Assembly: GCF_004010195.1 (NCBI RefSeq)
Contig: NC_057753.1
Location: forward strand, 4,305,779-4,369,778
From: Chiloscyllium plagiosum
Taxonomy: Eukaryota
Reading direction: 5' to 3'
DNA: 64,000 bases
Each line of letters begins with the position of its first letter. Position 1 is the stretch's first letter. Shown here in pieces: positions 51,333 to 64,000 of this stretch. Made by a program: the position numbers and the translations under genes. The notes under the pieces are model-generated. The model ran no database searches and was not told the DNA's origin. It saw nothing but the letters and a program-made list of their open reading frames with translations.

Positions 51333-53237
51333 AGCTGTCTGCTGCACTGGATCAGTTCTGTAACCCGTAGAAGGAAAGTCACATTTATCCATGTTTCCAG
51401 GCTCTAGGGACACAATCAGCCTGTTTGATTCTTTCAATAGAAAAAAAAAACGAATTGCACTCATTGAAACAAAAAACACAGCTACTCCTGGGATCATGTT
51501 TATATTTAGATGGCATCGAAAGCTCTTCACAAAATGCTGGTCCAAAATGAAATACAGGAGATTTACGTTACATTTTATCCCTGAAGGAGTACGTGAACAG
51601 AAATAGGCCATTCAGGCTCTCAAGCATGTTCTGCCTTTCAATGTAATCACGACTGATTGGTGGCCGACCTCATATGCTCGCCTTTGGGCCACACCCTTTG
51701 ATACCTTTGCGAAACAAAAGCAAACTATTGTAGATTTAAAATTATCAACAGACTCACATGAGAAAACGAAAAACAAAACAAGCGGGGGATATTTTACAAA
51801 ATCAGTTGAAGGGACCCTCCAGCGTAAAATCTCACTTCCATGGTGTCAGCAGCAGGCATAATTGGCGAGAATTAGACTATCTGTAAGCGTGAACAGAGCC
51901 GATTCTTGGAACTGAGTCTTATCCAGTCTGTGATCACGAGTCAACTTGCCTTCACCTCTTGAGATAGCTGAAGTGGGTACGCAAAGGTCTGGCAGTTGTC
52001 ACTTATACAAATGATTGGTGTGAGAATGTAGAGGACATGGTTAGTAAGATTGAGAATGATACTAAAAATAGTGGCAGAGTCGACGGTAAGGAAGGTCATC
52101 TAAGATTACTATCGTCTTGATCAATTAGGCAATTAAAAGTAGGGGCTGGGGCTGCTGGAGCACAGAAACCTAGATGGTCAAGTGCATAATTCTTTTAAAT
52201 TTGACATGGAGATGGTGTAGTTGTATTTAGCATGTTTGACTTTGTTGCTCACTGCTTTGGGTATAGCAGTTAAGCCATTTTGTGGTTGTTTTGGCGAAGC
52301 CTCGTCGGGAATACTGCGCAGTCCTTAGTGCTCCTTTATAGGAAGGCCAGTAAGTTGAAGAGGGTTCAGAAAAGATTTGCCAGGATGAAGCTGATCTCAA
52401 TATTTGGTGAAAGCAGACGTCTAGATCTTCTACATCAATTTTTTTTTACATTTTCCTTCCTATTTGCAACCCAACTGGATTACCTCATTTGTCCATATTG
52501 TACTTAATCTACTAAGCGTTTACCCTCTCCGCTTGTCCAAATTCCACTGGAATATATCTGCATCCTTCTGACAGCATAGTTAGTTTCTCTCTGAGATAAA
52601 CATAGCTCCAACATTCAAGCTCAGCAACATTCAAGACAAAACAGTTGTGTGGCAGGAAATAGTTGCAAAATTCCCTTAAAACTCACCATCGAGACTTAAC
52701 TGCCATTCTTTTAGCGTCACTGGGTGGCAATCCTGAAGTGTTCCTGCATTAAGAGCTGCATTAGCTCAAGGCATTTTGGAGTATGTGCACCACTTCAGAG
52801 AAAAGATTAAACTGCATTGGAAAGTGCGCAGAAGGAAATTACTGGAGAGGTTCCAAGTAGGAGAAAATTCAGCAATGAGGGTCGATTGAAGATGGTGAGA
52901 CTTACTCCACTGGAGGAACGAAGATAGAGGAGACTTGATATAGGTTTTTTAAATCATGTGTGTTTGGACAGTATAGATAGCAAGAAGCTGTTCTCACTCA
53001 TGAAGGAAGACATAAGAACGAGAGGACATAAGTTTAACATGAGTTACAATTGAAACAAAATGATCTGAAATCTTTTCACATCGGTAGCTGTTAAGATATG
53101 GAGTGTACTGGATAGAAATATGGCTGTACCAAGTTCAGCCCAGGTATTGAAGAGGGCATTGGATAATGCTTTTGGATAGTAATAATGTGCAAGGATATGG
53201 AGGAAGAGACAGGTGATTAACGCTGGAAAATAGATGG

Positions 53238-53381
53238 AGAAGGTGAGGACTGCAGATGCTGGAGATCAGAGCTGAAAAATGTGTTGCTGGAAAAGCGCAG
53301 CAGGTCAGGCAGCATCCTGATTCTCCTGCTCCTTGGATGCTGCCTGACCTGCTGCGCTTTTCCAGTAAGACATTTTTCAGA
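53238..53381. mobile_element. 144-bp palindromic Penelope-like terminal-repeat insertion with 14-bp TSD
   Basis: ctgaaaaatgtgttgctggaaaagcgcagcaggtcaggcagcatcc and its reverse complement; TSD tggaaaatagatgg at 53224-53237 and 53382-53395; empty site at ~40756-40769. Confidence 0.85.
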
Positions 53382-54572
53382 TGGAAAATAGATGGTACAG
53401 CCAAAGTAGATTGAATGGGCTCCTTCTGTACCATTATAATTCGATGCTTCAGAACGAGTATTAAACTCAGTTTAGGAATAATGTTGTTGTCAGTGTTTCA
53501 GTGTCGGAAGTAATGTGAATGTCTTGTCTGATGAATATTCATCTCAATGTTGGGAGTCCATATGGTGTCTCCATTAAGTTATCTCTTGAGAGGCTTGAAT
53601 TTGATATTGTGCATTAGTGCTTGAAGATTAGATTTTGGAGTTTAGTTCAGTTTTGGGTTCGAACATCGTTTTCTGTGACAGATATAAACTTCGCGTTTGG
53701 CTTGCAGATAAGTTTTGAGGGTCAGTATTCTCAGATTTGGAGTCAGTTTGCATGACAATATTGGGTCTTAATGTTTGGACCATTGTTCAGGAGATGGCTG
53801 GAGTCGGATTCAGTGGGAAGGTTAGCAGTCATGGGGTCATTGCTTACTGGTCCACAAGGCCAGTCTTGGTGTCAGTCAGTGCTGCAGCCTGTGTGTTTGT
53901 TTGACCTCACTGTCATTACCAATGCTGTGCATCAATTCCGATGCCAGTCTGATCAAACACCAAAGGTTGAAATGTTGCTTCGGCAGTATGCAAGCATAAA
54001 CATTTCTCAATGAGAGTTTATTTCCAACATTCACACCACTAACTCTAAGCTCTCAACGAAATAATCTTAATTAACACGTGACACTGGCCATTTATACATC
54101 TCAGGAAGATGCATGTTTATCTTGGAGGGTAATCGCTGCTTTAGGTATTCGGGAATGGCTTTGAGTTTGCTGTTGTGGTTTCAATGCATAGTTAGTCCAA
54201 GTACTATTGAGAGTTTTAGGATCAAGTCCTGGGTACAGGTTTGTTTGACTATGCATTGACTGTCATTCTATTAAAGGCTGAAGAGTGATTTTAAATTGAT
54301 TTCATTCCAACTATATTTTCATCTCTTTTTGTTGTTATAATTAAAATTTTTTGGACCAACAACGTAGCTATCACCAGTCACTTAATGCCAGCTGGTGACA
54401 ACTTCTGGCAAATTCTGATCATCAGAGCTGGGGGAGAAAAGCTTAAATGTTCCTCCTGAGGCTTTGCACTCCTTGCCTTTCAGAGATATTGCAAACAGTC
54501 TAACATCACAGATTCAATGTACAGTCCAGTCAGTTGGAAATGAAGGGTGCCATTGAAACATATTATGCATGA

Positions 54573-54925
54573 GGGTGGCACGGTGGCTCGGTGGTTGGCA
54601 TTGCTGCCTCACAGCGTCCGGGACCCACATTCAATTCCATCCTCGGGCGACTGTCTATCTTGAGTTTGCATATTCTCCCCATGTCCACGTGGGTTTCTGT
54701 TGGGTTCTCCGGCTTCCCCCATCGTCCAATGATATGTAGGCTGGTGCATTTGCCGTGCTAAACTCCCCATAATGTTGAGGGAGATGTAGGTTAGGTGCAT
54801 TAGTCAGGGGAAGTGTAGAGTACTAGGGAAGGGGAATGGGTCGTGATGGAATACGGTTTAGAGGCTAGGTGTGGACATGTTGAGCCAAATGGTCTGTTAC
54901 CACAGTGTAGGGAGTCGATGATTCT
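54573..54925 (+). mobile_element. HE1/V-type SINE (SINE B)
   Basis: gggtggcacggtggctcggtggttggcattgctgcctcacagcg head and CR1-like tail. Confidence 0.85.
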
Positions 54926-55974
54926 GTGGTGATTCCATGAGATAATGCTAATAGCCTTGCTAGTTGCCTCCTAAAACGTATAATGGTTTTTGACCAGATG
55001 CAGAAATGCTATCTTTTGACCTAAAATGCGTAATCTGTCACAAGACTTAAAATGCTAGATCTTGAACAGCTTTAATTTGTATTTTTTTCCCCTTGAAACG
55101 ATCTCTAATCTTATACGGCCAACAACAAAGTGAAACCAGATTTAGTCGCATCATGTCTCTCGTCTTGAACCATCAGAACCCTGCTTTCTGAGAAGAATCC
55201 TGCATTTCATTGAAAACTAAACCAATCTCCGAGTCCACAACAATCACTTGGTATTAAATTAAAGGACTCCACTTCACATGAATAAATGCCAATATATTAT
55301 TATTTTCAAAATATTAAATCGTCATTGTAATTTAACTACCATTTTCTCTTCTGGCGTCCTTTATGTGCCTCCCGTAATGTGCCATAGATCGCGGCCTTAC
55401 AGTCGGCTCACGGGGGGTTTAGATCAAAGCAGTTCTGAAAGAGACATTTGGGTGCTGTGCACAGATCTTTGAAGGTGGTAGGACAGGTGAATAAGGTAGT
55501 GAAGAAAGCATCTATCAATAAGAATGTACCGATCATGGCAGAGATGATAAGAGCAGTGAGATTATGTTGTTGTAAAGCACATTGGCTTGACCAAACTGGA
55601 GCACAGATAGCAGTTCTAGTCACCAGACTTAGGTGAAGAATCAGTAACATGGGATCACAATTTTAATATGAAAGGCAAAATGTTTAGTCGGGATTTTTCC
55701 AGAGAGTGGTGGGAATTTGGAACGCACTGGGACGTTGGTGAGGTGGAAAACCTCTCAACCTTTAAAGTATCTGGAACAAGGTCATATATCAGGCAACTAC
55801 GTTTCAAAACAATCTCTGAAACAGTTCCGTCAAAACCTCATTCGCTTACACACCTATTTCCAAACATCATTGCGAGCCACAAACTCAAATTGTGAGTTCT
55901 ATCTTTGCACAAAGGAAGCTGATGTAGAAAAAGAAACTGTTTATTATTCAGAAAACAGAGAAGACATGCAACAA

Positions 55975-58172
55975 TACAACACCGAACAGCCCCTTCGCGT
56001 CTCGATGCTGTGCTGACCTTTTATCCTGCTCAAAAACCAAACTAACCCAAATACCGTTAATTTTACTGTCAGCCATGTACTTATCCAGAGTCGCTTAAAT
56101 GTCCTTAATATTTCTGACTCAATAACTGGTGGCAGTGTATTCCACGCACTTACCAATCTCTGTCTGAAGAACCTACCTCTGACATCACCCCTAAACCTTT
56201 CTCCAATCACCTTAAAATTATGCCCCCTGCATGATATCCATTCTGCCCTGGGAAAATGTCTCTGGCTATCCACGCTATCTATGTCTCTCATCATCTTGTA
56301 CACCTCTAACACATCGCTGCTCATCCTTCTTCACTCCAATGAGAACAGCCTAGCTCCCTCAAGCGTTCTTAAGAACATTTATGAGACAACTTTCAACCTT
56401 TGGTGTGAGTGGCATGGTGAAACATATATATTGTATTATTACACATTTGGAATTAGATCTTTTTTACAAACACAGGTAGATGGATTTTATTTATTTCTGT
56501 GAGTCAAATAATTTTGCAACATACTTTTTTTTTTAATAAGGTCCGAAACAATGGCCTAAATACTTCAGTTTTAAGAAAGCATGTGATTGTAGTCAAACAC
56601 TTTATAGCTTATAGTTTTTTTAAAATTCCTTGATAGTTATCATGGATAAAAGCTTTACACTTTAATAGTTCGAATAATTATCATAAGGCAATGTTGCCTG
56701 AAGTCGATTCCTTAAGGAAAGTAGTTTTGAATTCAGTTCAGAAGATTTCAGACTTCAGTTCAACACAGAGTAGCTTCACCGAGCAGGGGAATCAAGTTAG
56801 GTAATTAGGAGAGCTAGTTATCTGATTTTAGAGTCATAGAGTTTTACAGCATGGAAACGGACCCTTCAGTCTAACTCATCCATGCCGATCAGTTTTCCTA
56901 AACTGTTCTAATCCCTGCATTTGACCCATATTCCTCTAAACATTTCCTGTCCATGCACTAGTCCAACAGTCTTTTACATTTTCATTGTATTCATCTCTAC
57001 CACTTCCTCTGGTAGTGAATTCCATAGACATTCTACCCTCTGTGTGACCCTCCGGACCTTTTTACTCTTTCTCCTCTCACCTTGAATCTATGCCCTCTCG
57101 ATTTGGACTTCGCTACCCTGGAGAAAAGACCTGAGCTCTTCCTCTTAGCTATGCTCCTCATGATTTACTAAATCTCTATAAGGTCATCTTTCAGCTTCCT
57201 CTGATCCAATGATGGGCCTAAACTTTTCACTTTGTATATTAACAATCGAGACGAAGGAACTGACAGCATTCTGTCTACGTTTGCAGATGATAGGTAAAGG
57301 GACAGGTAGCATTGAGGAGTTAGGGGAGGCTGCATAAGGATTCGGAAAGGTTAGGAGAGTCGTTTAAGAAATAGCAGATGGAGTCTAACATGGGGAAAAC
57401 GTGAGGTCATTCATTTTGATAGGAAGAATAGAGGCACGGTCTAATTTCTAAATGGGGAAATATTCAGAAATCTGAAGTGCAAAGAGACTTAGGAGTTGTA
57501 GCCCAGGAGTCTCTCAACGTAATCTTGCAGATTGAGTCAGGAATTAAAAAGAAAAGTATAATGAGAGCAATTATTTCGAGAGGACAGAAATATAAAAGCA
57601 GAGATGTACTTCTGAGGCTCTATAAGGTTCTGGTCAGGCCACATTTGGAGTATTGTGAGCAGTTATGGGCCCCATATCTCAGGAAGAATGGATGGGCCCT
57701 GGAATGTGTCCAGTGAAGATTCATAAGAAGATCCAGAAATGAAGAACTTAGTATATGAGGAATGTTTGAGGACTCTGGGTCTATATTCGTTGGAGTTTAG
57801 AATGATGAGGGGGATGCAATTGAAGCTCACAGAATAATGAAAGGCCTGGACAGAATGGATGTTAGGGAGATGATTCCATTGGTAGGAGAGACCAGCACCC
57901 AAGGCCATAGGAATAGAGTAAAGGGAAGACCTTTTCGAACAGAGATAAGGGGAAACCTCTTATGCCAGAGTGTGGCGAATCTATAGAATTCACTGCCACA
58001 GAAGGCGGTGGAGGCCAGGTCATTGACAGTATATTTAAGACGGAGATAGATAGGTTCTTGATTGTAAGGAGATCAAAGGTTACGGGGATAAAGCGGGAAA
58101 ATGGGAGAAACTTATCAGCCAAGATTGAATAATGGAACAGACCTGAATGGCCTTATTTCTGCTCCTATGTCT
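55975..58172. mobile_element. CR1 3' fragments: minus ~55975-56360 and ~56830-57210, plus ~57210-58172
   Basis: EVYKMMR..RGHNFKV (55944..56324); LYKVLVRPHLEYC (57477..57716). Confidence 0.8.
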
Positions 58173-59060
58173 TAAGGTTTTATAAACATGGGAATGAACG
58201 CCATAAATGTTAAATGTGCTGATTCTTGGGATGGCAGGAATGGCGAATGAAAAGAGATTGGAATAGTTTGGGCTACATTCACTCAAGCCGTAGTTATTAG
58301 AATCGCAGAGCAAGCTTGAGCGCCAAATGATCTACCCGTGCACATAGTTTTTATATTTCAATGTTTTTCATGGCAATGCACTCAGAAAAGAATCATTTAA
58401 AAACGCTTTCAATAGTTCAGAGGAAATAAAAGAAAATTTGAAATGAGAAAAGTGTTCAATGGGAATGAATATTTATGATGTATAATTATGGGAAACTAGT
58501 TGGATGTTTATTTAGATATTGATGTTATTATCTTTCTAACTAATATCTATATTCAACTGCCATGTTTGTTTTTTCTTCTTCTGTGTGATATATGGAAGTT
58601 CTTTGCAAAAACCTTCTCTGGACTCATTTGAATATGGTGTGATGAGTTCCCATGTTAACCAATTGCAAAAAGAAAATGCATCACAAAGCCCGTGAAGCCT
58701 AGTTTGATTCTGGGATCCAGCTTGTACAGAACCATCACCAGCTGGGGTCATTGCTGAGATATTAGAAGACCCACAATAACTGATCTTTCCTACTCATTCT
58801 GCAGATACATAGACCCAGCGAATGGCGTCGGAGTACATCTGAATTTGATAATGTTATCAAGGAATTTTAGCTTTCCCTTTCAACGTAAGTAATGGCTCGA
58901 TGTTTTCCAGCACGTCAGCAGAAATTATTCTTTCGGACAACTGCCAACACAAATGAAAAATATTATTTAATTTACATCTCATAAATACCAAAGTTGCCTT
59001 TCTCTGAGAGAATACCTCGGTATGTGTCTTGTTGCAGAATGCATACACAATTTATGCATT

Positions 59061-59962
59061 CTATCTACATAATTTAGCCAACAGGTTCAATGGATATTCC
59101 ATTAGGTTCTTTAACTCCTGTCTGAACTTTCTCTGAGTTACCACGTAGATGAATGTGTTTGTGCAGCAACTCAACAGTTGGAGCATGTTTGCACTTTCTT
59201 GCAGGATGAATCCTGGATCATTGAAGCCATTGATAAGATAATGGGGCAAAAGCAGTCTATGGAAGTAGTATACCACATACGTCATCCACAACAGGATGAA
59301 ACTGCCAGAGATAGCAAAGAGCAAAATGATGGACCTGTGCCTGTTCTCCAGTTCTGTGTCATTCTGATTCTCTCTGATGTTCTGGGCTCGGAGTCTCCTG
59401 CGATTTCTGTTGGCTGCTATAATAAATCTGATGGTCAGGGCATTAAGAACAAAGATCAGAAAGAATGGCAGACATGGGGTTACAATGCAGTCAATCCATA
59501 CGAAAGCACCCCATACTGGTGAAGTGTAAAATACTTTCTTCATTTTGCAATGCCACGGGATATTGTTCATAATGTAAATGGGTTCATGCAGAAAATACCA
59601 GGGAACACTCTTTAAACATCCTGCTGTGCAAACAGTTGCTATTATTGTGATTGCCATTTTCTCAGTGCAATATTTTCCTTTCAGCTTCGGACAACAAATA
59701 ACCACAAATCGATCGACAGTAAAAACAACTGTTAACCAGACAGAGCAGTCCCTGGATGCATAGATTAAAGAAATCTTGAGGCTGCATACAGGAGTTATTG
59801 ACAGGAAACTAGTTGGGAAATAAACACCGGGAATACGGTTTAGCAGCACAGCAGTGATGATGACCAGGAGATCCGTCACCGCCATGGAGACCAGATACCA
59901 TCTGATACACCTGGAGAGACCACATCGTCCTCGAGATAAGACCATAATGGCCAGTAAACTAG
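59061..59962 (-). CDS. GPR139-like: GPR139-like class A GPCR gene 4, coding exon 2 (divergent paralog); exon 1 not found in window
   Basis: Acceptor ctaccttgcag|CT at 59962 in the same phase as the other genes; ORF 59061..59945; RCGLSRC, MAVTD, FTVDRF, LLW (W6.48), NTFIY. Confidence 0.88.
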
Positions 59963-60719
59963 CTGCAAGGTAGATAGAGGAAGAAAATAGTGATTTAATT
60001 CAAAGGAACCACATTACATTGATTACATTTACATTTACAAATTTGCAATTGTGCTACTTGAAGTGACAAAATTCTGTCTTATCATCCAGTACATTTGGTT
60101 AATTCAGAAAGCTTAGATGCGCGAAAGTTAACATTATCATCAACAACACTTACAATTGAGACCCATAGGAAGCACAATTATTGAAATCAACCTTTGCATT
60201 GCAATTTGTTTTAGATAGACGATAAGACAAACAAAGTGATATCACACAATCTTGATGAGAAGAAGGAGAATAAAAGGGCACAGGTGAAATAGGAAGAGAA
60301 AATGTTGAGACCAACAGATGTGGAAATGCATTAACATATGGGACAAAATCCGAAAATTAATTCATTCATAATAATCGAAAACAAATTGGAGAGTTTAATA
60401 TCACTTCCATTCAGTTCAGTTGCTGCCAGAAGCCTTTGTTCAGTCGTCCAAAATATCACTTAATTTATTGTTTCGAATTGTCACCAATACCTTATCGCAA
60501 ATTCAATTTCAATCAGCCAACACATTGTGGGTAATTGATACTTAATACATTGCTGAAATCAAATATTTAGTTCGTGTTAAATTCAAATGGTATAGCTTAA
60601 AGCATGACTTCGACAAATAATTATTTAGTTTTTCAAATCAGAAATTGAAGTGCACAATATTACTAGAAGATAATGTTGTACTGAAGCCCCTTTGAATGTG
60701 TAAAGGCACTAACACATTT

Positions 60720-62035
60720 AGAACATAGACCAGTACAGCACAATACTGGTACAGGCTTTTTGGCCCTCGATATTATGCTGGCCTTTCATCCTACTCTAAG
60801 ATCAGACTAACCTACATACCCTTCGTTGTACTATGGTACATGTGTCTATTCAAGAGTCACTGAAATGCCCCTAATGTATCTGACTCTACTGCAACTGCTG
60901 GTGGTCCATTCCCACGCAAACAACACTTTTTGTCTAAAGAACCTACCTCTGACATCTCCTCAAACCTTTCTCCAATCACATTAATGTTATATCCCCTCAC
61001 GATCGACGTGTCCACCATGGGAAAAAGACTTTGGTTATCTACTCTACTATGCCTCTCAATATCTTGTACACCTCTATCAAGTCACCTCTCATCCTTCTTC
61101 ACTCCAACGAGAAAAGCCCTACCTCCTTCTACCTTTCTTCATAAGACATGCACTCCAGTCCAGGCAGCATCCTGGTAAATATCCTCTGCACCCTCTTTAA
61201 GGCTTCCACATCTTTCTGATAATGAGGAGACCAGAACTGAACACAATATTCTAAATATGGTCTAACCAGGGCTCTATAGAGCTGCAGCATAACCTGGCAG
61301 CTCTTAAGCTCAAACCCCAGCTAATGAAAGCCAACACACCATAAGCCTTCTTAATAACCATATCAGCTTGGGTGGCAACTTTGAGGGACCTATGGACGTG
61401 GAACACGTGATCCCTCTGTCCCTCCACACTGCTAAGAATCCTGCCTTTAACCATGCTTTCTGCGTTCAGATTCTACCTTCCAAAACGAATCACCTCAGAC
61501 TTTTCCAGGTTGACTTACATTTGCCACCTGTTAGCCCAGTTCTGCATCCTATCAATGTCACGTTGCAACTGCAGCAGCCCTCCACACTTTCTGCATCTTC
61601 ACAAACATTCGTGTCATCGACAAAGTTTCAAATCCACTCTTCCACTTTCTCATCCAAGTCATTTATAAAAATCACATAGAGTAGACGTCCCTGAATCAGT
61701 CCCTTCGGAATACCATTGGTCACCGAACTCCAGGCTGAATACCTTACACCTACCTCCACACTCTGTCTTCTATGGGACAGCCAATTCTGTATCCTAACGT
61801 CAAGATTTCTCTCTATCCCATGCCTCCTTAATTTCTGAATGAGCCTATCATGGGGAAACTTATCAAATGTCTTGTTGAAATCCATATCCACCACATCCAC
61901 TGCTCCGTGTTCATCAACTTGCTTTGTCACAGTCCCAAAGAATGTAATAAGGTTTGTGAGTCATGACCTTCCCCTCACAAAGCCACGCTGACTATCAGTA
62001 ATCAAACTATGCTTTTCCAAGTAATCTTAAATCCT
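60720..62035 (-). mobile_element. 5'-truncated CR1 LINE in gene 4 intron
   Basis: AVDVVDMDFNKTFDKFPH..VTNGIPKG..IFINDLD (61628..61930) and tail at ~60720. Confidence 0.85.
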
Positions 62036-62049
62036 AAATTTTACCTTTT

Positions 62050-62620
62050 GTTTTATTCCTTCATAGAATTTGCATATCGCTGACTGGACAAAAATGTAAT
62101 GTAATGCCCATTCCTAATTGCTCTTGAAAAGGTAGATGTGCACTAACTTTTTGAATTTCTTCCCTCCATGTTGTTTATGTGCGCCCATGTCATCAGGGAA
62201 GGAATTCCAGGATTTGTTCCAGTGACACTGACGGAACAACAATTTGTTTTCAAGCTAAGATAGTGAGTATGATAGGACCTTGTAGAAGGTGATGTTTCAG
62301 TAATCTGCTGCCCTGTCCATCTAGATGGCAATGGTCATGACTTTGCTGTTTAAGGATCTTTGGTAAATTGCTGCAATGCATCCTTCAGATAGTATACATT
62401 ACTGCAGCTGACTGTCGGTGGTGGAAGGAGAGGGTGTTTGTGGAAGTGATGGCAATAAATTAGGCTTCTCTGTCCTGGCTGGTGTCAAGCTTCTTGAGTG
62501 TTTTTGGAGCTGCACCCATCCAAGCAGGTGGGGATTATCCATCACACTCCTGATGCGTTTCTTTGTAGATTGTGAGCAGGCTTTGAGTCGTCAGGCTATT
62601 GCCACATTTCCAGATGCTTA
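62050..62620 (-). mobile_element. Old LINE 3' fragment (CR1/L2 superfamily)
   Basis: cccattcctaattgctcttga..cagggaaggaattccaggattt motif; tail shared with the SINE at 12100. Confidence 0.5.
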
Positions 62621-64000
62621 TTAACAGGAATAAAAACAATATATTTCTAGGAGGTTGCAGTGTACAGTGTTGCAGGCTATTTCCAATCTCATTTCGTTGA
62701 TTGATTTATTAATTTGCTCAACTGCTGTAACTGTCAACAAGAGGTTCGCAATTAATCGTTTAAACAAAATTACAGAATGCCATGCCATGAATACATGGTT
62801 TAGAGATATATTTTGTATTTCATGAATTCGTGCACACTTATATTTTGAGCCACACTTTTATTAGACTAAATTCTATGGCATGCAAATTGATAACAGTTTG
62901 ATAATACAGATATAAATATCTGTACATTTATATGCACAATTCTGTTGTTTGGTAATTTTAAAGATAGAAAGCTGGTGGTCAAATTGCCTTAATCAGTCAT
63001 TCCCTTTGACAGTTGTCCAAGCTATTCTCTTTTGTGACTACAGCCATGATTTTGCTACACTACCAGTATATATACCCTTCTTCTGGACTTGAATTTTGAG
63101 CGTTCAGCCTCAACCTACCGTCATAGTGAGGTATGATTATTACAACTGTTCAATTTCTGATCGTAGCATTCACACTGCAAACTGGTTTGGTGTAGAAGAG
63201 ACAGGAAAACGTAAAAAATGAATGAGAAATAAAATGTCATAATATTAAAGGCGAACTGTCAATGCTGCTAAAAGGTATTGGTGCAGATAGCTTGACACAG
63301 ACGTGATGGACTGAAGGGCCTGTTCTATACTGGATGACTCTATGAATCTACAATATACATTTTCTTCCAGGTTTCTGACTGTGTAGATCTAATATGACAC
63401 GTTAATGTTTACAGATCTGGGCATTGCATATGACAAATGCAATGTTTCCTGATAACACTCTGACAATAGCGTTGAAGACTTGTGCTTCAGAGCTAACTGT
63501 GGCCCCGACAAAATTGATCTCAGTACAGCTAAAGCATTGACATCCATCTGAAAAATGAAACATTGCCCAGGGTTGTCATTTATACATAGGTAAAACAGTG
63601 AAAACCTAATCCAGCTAATCACTTCCCTATTGGCTGACTATCAACCATCTCTGAAGTGACGTTCTCAGTAACCACTCACTGCCAGGGTCACTGAACTCCA
63701 GATCTATTGCAGTCTTTGCGCAAACATGAACAAAGGAGCTGAGTTCCAGAGGTGAGGTAATGCAGACTATTCTTGACATTAAGAAAGAGTTTTACGAAGT
63801 ATTGCCTCAAGAAGCTACAATGCAACTGATGTCAGTGGAAATCACGGGGAAAGATTTCCTTACACCAGCACAAAGGAAGAGGGTTAAAGTGGCTAGAAAT
63901 CAAAGGTCTTAGCTGCAGGACATCCCTGCAGGTGTTCCTCAGAGTCATATACTGGATCCAACCGGCAGTGATTGTAACAAGGTCAGCCAGTTGGACCTCA

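Larger units (their letters stand above)
46170..54575. repeat. Segmental duplication, gene 3 unit (paralogous to 31720-41575)
   Basis: Starts ctaaactgtctggccttgtgtgcttgcatcagaattgag (cf. 31722); ends gggtgccattgaaaca..gcatgagg (cf. 41545-41574). Confidence 0.92.

Noticed and set aside
59963..64000. Search for gene 4 exon 1
   Set aside because: No YYP..GVP-type 70-nt exon with a GT donor was recognised; it probably lies beyond the window.
63700..64000. Degraded LINE RT-like stretch and possible LTR start (tgtaacaagg at ~63973)
   Set aside because: Too short, too decayed and cut by the window edge to classify.
1..64000. CRISPR arrays, rRNA genes, prokaryotic operons
   Set aside because: No repeat-spacer arrays or rRNA-like sequence; the window is intron- and retroelement-rich eukaryotic DNA.

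Overview
Repeat-rich vertebrate genomic DNA, very likely from a cartilaginous fish (inferred from HE1/V-type tRNA SINEs with CR1-derived tails, abundant CR1 LINEs, Deu-type SINE, Penelope-like elements). The only host genes I can support form a head-to-tail array of four class-A GPCR genes on the minus strand that resemble the GPR139/GPR142 family. Each has a 70-nt first coding exon (MHGIPKGL..YYP..GVP) joined through a phase-1 GT-AG intron to a ~0.9-kb exon. Gene 1 (17524-13246, 333 aa) and gene 2 (37116-31934, 325 aa) are intact. Gene 3 (51332-46404) has one CGA>TGA stop and has lost its polyA signal. Gene 4 (exon 2 at 59962-59061) is more divergent and I did not find its first exon in the window. 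The flanks record how the array grew: a duplication junction inside a chimeric SINE, complementary remnants of one Gmr1-type Gypsy insertion, an apparent gene-conversion tract, a 716-bp intronic tandem duplication, a fold-back inverted repeat, and several Penelope fragments carrying hammerhead-ribozyme core motifs. Alignments and counts were done by eye; repeat boundaries are approximate unless a TSD is given.
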